Shown one piece after another: positions 59,064 to 64,000 of a stretch of 64,000 bases of DNA. The notes under the pieces were generated by a model. That model was not told the origin of the DNA. It saw only the letters and a program-made list of their open reading frames with translations, and did no database searches. How positions within the stretch are numbered: the stretch's first letter is position 1; each line of letters begins with the position of its first letter. The position numbers were made by a program, and so were the translations under genes. This DNA is from Candidatus Dojkabacteria bacterium (GTDB taxonomy: Bacteria; Patescibacteriota; Dojkabacteria; SC72): assembly GCA_016182915.1 (NCBI GenBank), contig JACPFP010000003.1, positions 315,685-379,684 of the forward strand. The letters run 5' to 3'.

Positions 59064-60332
59064 TTATATATACCTACCGTAATCTTTTACAACAGCCATA
59101 GACTTAAGTTTTCGTCTTATATCTAAGACTACACCTACCATAATTAGCATTCCAGTTCCTGTAATTAGGGACTGAGTGATAATTCCTGTAGCAAGAAGAA
59201 CGTTAGGAAGAACAGAGAGGAGAGCAAGAATACCTGCTCCAACAGCTGTTAATCTGAATGATATATTTCTTAGATACTTGGATGTTGATTTTCCTGGTCT
59301 AATTCCCTGTATAAATCCTCCATTCTTCTGTAGGTTCTCAGATATTTCATCGGTATTAAACACAACTGTTACATAAAAGAAGGAGAAGAGGATTACAAAT
59401 ACAAAAATTCCAATATTTTGTGCATATGGATTACCTAGGAAACTGATGATGTTTGTTGAAATGAGATTTACACTATCATTTATATTCCTACTCAAAAGGA
59501 ATCTTGCGATTAGATCTGGGAAGGACATAAGTGATATTGCAAAGATTACCGGCATAACTCCAGATTGGGTGAGTTTGAGGGGTATGTAACTTTCCGCAGA
59601 GCCTACAGAGCGCACCCTCCTTGAGTACTGTACCTTCACCCTTCTTTCCGCCTCTGTTATAAGGACAACGGTTGCTACTAAAAGAAGGTTTAAGAGTATG
59701 AACACAACCTTCTGAGTGACGTCCATAATTTGAAGGTTATTGGTTAACGCTCCTGGTATTCCGGCCAGGATACCTAGAAAGATAATATATGAACTTCCGT
59801 TACCTAGACCGCTCTCTGAAACAAGTTCTCCTAACCACATAATTACGATTGAACCCGCAGTTAGAGTTGCGGACATCGCAATTAATTCCATAGGTTCGAG
59901 CACTGGCATTAGGTTGAATCCTCTAAGGGTTGAGTAGATGATAAAAGATTGGAGGATGGCAAGAGGTACCGTTAACCATCTTGTATACATACTAATAAGT
60001 CTCCTTCCGTTTGATCCTTCTTTCTTAAGCTCATCAAGTTTTGGGATAACAGGGGTTAGAAGTTGAAGGGTTATAGATGCGTTAATATAAGGGGTTAAGC
60101 CGATTGCGGCAATCGAGGCGGTTTCAAGGACACCACCTGAAATCGTTGAGAGGAGATCTCCAAAGCTACTTCCCGAAAAGAGGGTTGCAATAGCGTTTGC
60201 AGGAATTCCAACAACAGGAATCGCAGCAAGAACTCTAAATACAACAAGTATTAATACTGAAAAGAATATCTTTTTTCTTATGTCTTCTGTCCTCAGATAG
60301 AGGCGGAGAGTATTGAGTATATGTTTAAACAT
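59064..60332 (-). CDS. secY: Preprotein translocase SecY
   Basis: GLTPYINASI, GLGNGSS, SGVMPVIFA, GIRPG. Confidence 0.98.
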   Translation of the reverse strand: MFKHILNTLRLYLRTEDIRKKIFFSVLILVVFRVLAAIPVVGIPANAIATLFSGSSFGDLLSTISGGVLETASIAAIGLTPYINASITLQLLTPVIPKLDELKKEGSNGRRLISMYTRWLTVPLAILQSFIIYSTLRGFNLMPVLEPMELIAMSATLTAGSIVIMWLGELVSESGLGNGSSYIIFLGILAGIPGALTNNLQIMDVTQKVVFILLNLLLVATVVLITEAERRVKVQYSRRVRSVGSAESYIPLKLTQSGVMPVIFAISLMSFPDLIARFLLSRNINDSVNLISTNIISFLGNPYAQNIGIFVFVILFSFFYVTVVFNTDEISENLQKNGGFIQGIRPGKSTSKYLRNISFRLTAVGAGILALLSVLPNVLLATGIITQSLITGTGMLIMVGVVLDIRRKLKSMAVVKDYGRYI

Positions 60333-60341
60333 AGTAAATGT

Positions 60342-60782
60342 TTATTTAATAGAACCGCCTGCTTTTTCAATCTTACTCTTAGCAGTTTCGGAAATCTTCA
60401 AACTTTCAAATGTAATCTTCTTTGTTATCTCTCCTACACCTAAAATTTTAACAAGGCTAGTAGTTTTCTTTATAAGGTTCTTATCTTTCAAAGTCTCTAG
60501 ATTTACTGTATCTCCTACCTCATACTCTTCTTCAATAACATTGAGGTTTACGGGCTGATATTTATCTGCTCTACTCTTAAAGCCCTTGAATTTTGGAATC
60601 CTACTAAAGAATGGTCTATTACCACCCTCGAAGAATACTGTAGATTTATGTCCTGATCTAGACTTCTGACCTTTGGTACCTCTACCAACAGTGTGTCCAC
60701 CTACTCCGGATCCATATCCTCTACCAATTCTCTTGGTTGCGAGTGTTCTATTATTTCTTTTTGGAAGTGTTTCCAGTTGCAT
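60342..60782 (-). CDS. rplO: 50S ribosomal protein L15
   Basis: GRGYGSG, GRGTKGQKSRSG, FEGG, IEKAGG. Confidence 0.98.
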   Translation of the reverse strand: MQLETLPKRNNRTLATKRIGRGYGSGVGGHTVGRGTKGQKSRSGHKSTVFFEGGNRPFFSRIPKFKGFKSRADKYQPVNLNVIEEEYEVGDTVNLETLKDKNLIKKTTSLVKILGVGEITKKITFESLKISETAKSKIEKAGGSIK

Positions 60783-61380
60783 ATCTTCTACCTCTCATAT
60801 TAACTTGTTTATTATCTGCCTTCTTATTCTTTCTAATTTTTGCTTCTTTTACTTTTCTTTCTGCATCCATCTTCTCCTTCAATCCGATTCTCTCCTGCAT
60901 TATTTTCATTTTCTTTAAAACCCTGTCCTTTTTAAGTCCCATTAGGGCCTCAAAAGTACAGTATGTGTTAGCTATGATATCATTTGATCCTAACTGTTTA
61001 CAGTACACGTTGTTAATACCTGCCATCTCAAGAACAATTCTAGATGCAGAGCCAGCAATTATACCTGTACCTGGCTTTGCAGGTCTTAGAAGGACCTGAG
61101 CTGCACCAAACTTTGTTCTAATCTCATGTGGGATAGTATCCCCGATTACTTCAATCTTTCTCATATTCTTCACTGCTCGCTTCTCAGCTTTATCCATTGC
61201 GCTTCTTGTATCAACTCCTCTTCCTAGTGCAATTCCAACAGAACCGTTCTTATCTCCAACTACAACCATTGCAGAGAATCTAAGTCTCTTTCCACCGGCT
61301 GTAACTTTAGCAACTCTCCTGATAGTTACTGCTCGCTTCTCGTAATTCTTCTGTTCTTGTCTATCGTTTCTTCTATCCAT
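60751..61380 (-). CDS. rpsE: 30S ribosomal protein S5 with basic C-terminal extension
   Basis: RVAKVTAGGKRLRFSA, PAKPGTGIIAG. Confidence 0.98.
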   Translation of the reverse strand: MDRRNDRQEQKNYEKRAVTIRRVAKVTAGGKRLRFSAMVVVGDKNGSVGIALGRGVDTRSAMDKAEKRAVKNMRKIEVIGDTIPHEIRTKFGAAQVLLRPAKPGTGIIAGSASRIVLEMAGINNVYCKQLGSNDIIANTYCTFEALMGLKKDRVLKKMKIMQERIGLKEKMDAERKVKEAKIRKNKKADNKQVNMRGRRYATGNTSKKK

Positions 61381-61395
61381 CTATCTATAATATAA

Positions 61396-61725
61396 CTAGA
61401 TTTTAATTCCACTTTTTCTTAAACTTTCAACAAACTTCGCTATAATACCATGAAATTGGTATCCACTTCTATCAAATACTGCGGTTTCGACCTTTTTCTT
61501 TTTCATATCCTGGGCAAGTTTTGAACCAAGTACTTCAACATCCTTTGTTGTTCTCTTTGCTCTTCCTCCAAGAACGACAACTCCTGAGTTATCATCTGCA
61601 ACCCCTACATGTAGGTATCGGTTACTCTTGAATACAAAAACCCTAGGTTTCTCACTAGAACCGTTTACATTCTTTCTTACTCTTATTTTTCTTCTTATTC
61701 TGTTTTCTTTCTTAGTGTTTGCCAT
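61396..61725 (-). CDS. rplR: 50S ribosomal protein L18
   Basis: KPRVFVFKSN, VFDRSGYQFHG. Confidence 0.96.
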   Translation of the reverse strand: MANTKKENRIRRKIRVRKNVNGSSEKPRVFVFKSNRYLHVGVADDNSGVVVLGGRAKRTTKDVEVLGSKLAQDMKKKKVETAVFDRSGYQFHGIIAKFVESLRKSGIKI

Positions 61726-61739
61726 ATTTATTTCTTCTA

Positions 61740-62285
61740 TTATTTACTTGATGCTGCAGATTTTGCACTCTTCTTCTTAACATACTCACCCTCGTATCTA
61801 ATTCCTTTACCCTTATATGGCTCTGGCTTTCTTATCTCTCTAATCTTTGCTGCAGTCTCTCCAACCTTCTGTTTATCTGCTCCGCTTACTATAATGGTTG
61901 TCTCATCAGGAGCCTCAATTGTAATACCCTCAGGTGCTACAACCTCAACTGGGTGGTTCCATCCTAAAGTCATTACAAGTTTTGTTCCTTCCATTCTAAC
62001 TCTATATCCAACTCCTATTACTTCCATCTTCTTTTTAAATCCATTCTTAACTCCATTAACAATGTTTGCAACCAAAGCTCTAAAGGTTCCATGTAGTGAC
62101 TTTGTTGGCTTCTCTTCGTTCTTTCTTGTGAGAAAGAGTTGGTTTTCCTTCTGCTCAATCTCAATATTTATTGGGAGGGTTGTTGAGAGCTCACCCTTTG
62201 GTCCCTTTGCTGTTACATTTCTTCCTTCTATTGTTACTGTAACTCCATCTTCTATTGTAATTGGGTTATACCCTACCTTAGACAT
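61740..62285 (-). CDS. rplF: 50S ribosomal protein L6
   Basis: KGPKGEL, GVGYR, PEPYKGKGIRY; start MSKVG. Confidence 0.98.
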   Translation of the reverse strand: MSKVGYNPITIEDGVTVTIEGRNVTAKGPKGELSTTLPINIEIEQKENQLFLTRKNEEKPTKSLHGTFRALVANIVNGVKNGFKKKMEVIGVGYRVRMEGTKLVMTLGWNHPVEVVAPEGITIEAPDETTIIVSGADKQKVGETAAKIREIRKPEPYKGKGIRYEGEYVKKKSAKSAASSK

Positions 62286-62289
62286 TCTA

Positions 62290-62673
62290 TTACCAAATTT
62301 CACATATTAATTCTCCACCAAGCTTTTTAGACTTAGCGAGGGCTCCTGACATAAGTCCTTGTGAGGTACTTATAATGCAGATTCCTCTACCATTCATTAC
62401 CGGTTTTATTTCATATGCAGGAACATACTTTCTTAAACCTGGCTTACTTACCCTTACAAACTTACTTACCGTTGGTTCTCCATCTTCCTCATATTTCAAT
62501 GTTACTACGATCATTCTATTCTCTCCTTCAACCGAATCAGTAATCATCTCTTCCTTTTTTAGGATCTTCAAGATAGCCTTAGTCATCTTTGTTACAGGAA
62601 CTTCAATTGTTTCCCTCTTTGCTGTTATTCCATTTTGTAATCTTGCCAATAGATCTGATACTGTATCGTTCAT
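62290..62673 (-). CDS. rpsH: 30S ribosomal protein S8
   Basis: RVSKPGLRKY, STSQGLM, GGELICEIW; start MNDTV. Confidence 0.98.
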   Translation of the reverse strand: MNDTVSDLLARLQNGITAKRETIEVPVTKMTKAILKILKKEEMITDSVEGENRMIVVTLKYEEDGEPTVSKFVRVSKPGLRKYVPAYEIKPVMNGRGICIISTSQGLMSGALAKSKKLGGELICEIW

Positions 62674-62689
62674 ATTTCTAATTATTAAT

Positions 62690-62884
62690 TTACCAAATTG
62701 CTTTCTTAACACCAGGAATCTCACCATGGCTAGCTAACTTTCTAAAACAGATTCTACAAATCCCATAGTGTCTCAAGTATGCTCTCGCCCTACCACAATT
62801 CTGGCACCTGTTATACACCCTTGCGGAGTATTTTGACTTAACCTTTAACTTCTTCTCTTGTACTTCTTTAGCTCTTGTTGACAT
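62690..62884 (-). CDS. rpsN: 30S ribosomal protein S14 (zinc-binding type Z)
   Basis: RCQNCGR...CRICFR...[10 protein letters not shown]. Confidence 0.97.
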   Translation of the reverse strand: MSTRAKEVQEKKLKVKSKYSARVYNRCQNCGRARAYLRHYGICRICFRKLASHGEIPGVKKAIW

Positions 62885-63422
62885 CCTTCCTGAATGGGAA
62901 TCCAAATTTATCTAATAATGCTCGTGCCATTTTATCATCTTTTGTACTTGTTACAATGGTAATCTGTAGTGGTCTAATCTTCTGAACCTTGTTTGCATCA
63001 ATTTCTGGGAAAACTGTATGCTCTGTAACTCCAACGGAATAGTTACCTGCTCCATCAAAAGCCTTAGGGTTTACACCTCTGAAGTCCTTTGTTCTAGGGA
63101 AAACAACGTTAACAAGTTTATCAAAGAACTCCCACATTTTAGATCCTCTTAAGGTTACTGATACTCCAATTTCTAATCCTTCTCTAATTTTGAAAGCTGC
63201 AATAGCTTTCTTTGCTTTATTGATAACGGGCTTCTGACCTGAGATCAGAGAAAGAATCTCAACCATCTCCTCAATTGCATTACTATTTGTAACAGCTTCA
63301 CCGACACCAGAGTTAATAACGATCTTTGTTATAGTTGGGACAGCCATCACGTTGTCCAAGCTAAGCTCTTTCATCAACTCTTTTCTATATGTTTTATTGT
63401 ATAGATCTTGTAATCTTGTCAT
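62868..63422 (-). CDS. rplE: 50S ribosomal protein L5
   Basis: [27 protein letters not shown]. Confidence 0.98.
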   Translation of the reverse strand: MTRLQDLYNKTYRKELMKELSLDNVMAVPTITKIVINSGVGEAVTNSNAIEEMVEILSLISGQKPVINKAKKAIAAFKIREGLEIGVSVTLRGSKMWEFFDKLVNVVFPRTKDFRGVNPKAFDGAGNYSVGVTEHTVFPEIDANKVQKIRPLQITIVTSTKDDKMARALLDKFGFPFRKDVNKS

Positions 63423-63424
63423 TA

Positions 63425-63805
63425 TTATTTACTCTTTTTAGTTACTTTCTTAGTTTTGGTCTCAACTTTCTTTGCTTCTACCTTTTTTTCAACCTTCACA
63501 TCTAAGCCCTTTCCGCATTTCTTACATACTCTTACATAGTTCTTTCCTTCTAGTTTCATTCCAACTCTTGTAGGTTTTCCACAGTGGGAACAGATAACTG
63601 TAACTTTAGATGCTGGCATTGGCCTTGTAACATCTACTATTTCAGATTTCTTTGTCTGTCCATCTCCTTTAATATGCTTTTTAAACATATTCAAACCTTC
63701 AACAAGTACCATTCTCTTTCTAGGGTTTACAGAAAGAACCTTCCCGCTCTTACTTGAGTCTTTTCCGTATAGAACTTTAACTGTATCTCCCTTTTTGATT
63801 TTCAT
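63425..63805 (-). CDS. rplX: 50S ribosomal protein L24
   Basis: [22 protein letters not shown]. Confidence 0.97.
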   Translation of the reverse strand: MKIKKGDTVKVLYGKDSSKSGKVLSVNPRKRMVLVEGLNMFKKHIKGDGQTKKSEIVDVTRPMPASKVTVICSHCGKPTRVGMKLEGKNYVRVCKKCGKGLDVKVEKKVEAKKVETKTKKVTKKSK

Positions 63806-64000
63806 TATAGTACTTCTGGTGCTAACGAAATTATTTTATCAAACCCCTTCTCTTTCAATTCTCTTGCCATTGGTCCAAACATTCTGGTTCCTTTTGGAGC
63901 TTTCTTAGCATCAATTATTACTGCTGCGTTATCTCCAAACCTAATGTATGATCCATCTTTTCTCTTCTGCTCTTTTGTTGTTCTAACAACAACTGCTTTT
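63805..64000 (-). CDS. rplN: 50S ribosomal protein L14 (3' part, truncated by window)
   Basis: Manual translation: AVVVRT...[13 protein letters not shown]...[15 protein letters not shown]...[10 protein letters not shown]. Confidence 0.97.
   Translation of the reverse strand, partial: KAVVVRTTKEQKRKDGSYIRFGDNAAVIIDAKKAPKGTRMFGPMARELKEKGFDKIISLAPEVL

Noticed and set aside
1-64000. Alternative genetic code (UGA recoding as in Gracilibacteria/Absconditabacteria)
   Set aside because: Conserved genes are full length under code 11, Trp is TGG, and TGA acts as a stop (e.g. trmD, fmt)
53383-64000. Many 60-170 aa ORFs antisense to ribosomal and other housekeeping genes
   Set aside because: Shadow frames of well-supported genes, with no motifs of their own

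Overview
AT-rich bacterial chromosomal window with the hallmarks of a Patescibacteria/CPR genome: rpmD (uL30) is missing from the spc operon, GlyRS is the single-chain GlyQS type, PyrH is archaeal-like, and most genes lack a Shine-Dalgarno. Dojkabacteria/Microgenomates-like affinity is my inference only. The right ~11 kb is the spc/alpha/S9-L13 ribosomal cluster. The rest mixes translation and RNA genes (serS, lysS, glyQS, miaA, trmD, queA, tgt, fmt, rny, ymdB, two gre paralogs, rnpB, tRNA-Pro, tRNA-Glu) with envelope proteins and small orphan genes. I saw no CRISPR array, prophage or transposase. Most notable: (1) a complete Lys(AAG) T-box riboswitch in front of a LysRS carrying an extra C-terminal DUF2000/Pth2-like domain, apparently heading an operon with a HAD fusion, two ABC-2 permeases and an ASCH protein, with an HD hydrolase next; (2) an unannotated ~165-nt 6S-like structured RNA directly upstream of rny; (3) a degenerate SecD/SecF pair lacking the conserved charged motifs; (4) two families of small orphan paralogs, one flanking an HEXXH lipoprotein; (5) several apparently leaderless genes, including a possible Ser-containing leader peptide before serS. 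All family calls come from motif recognition by eye, not database searches.
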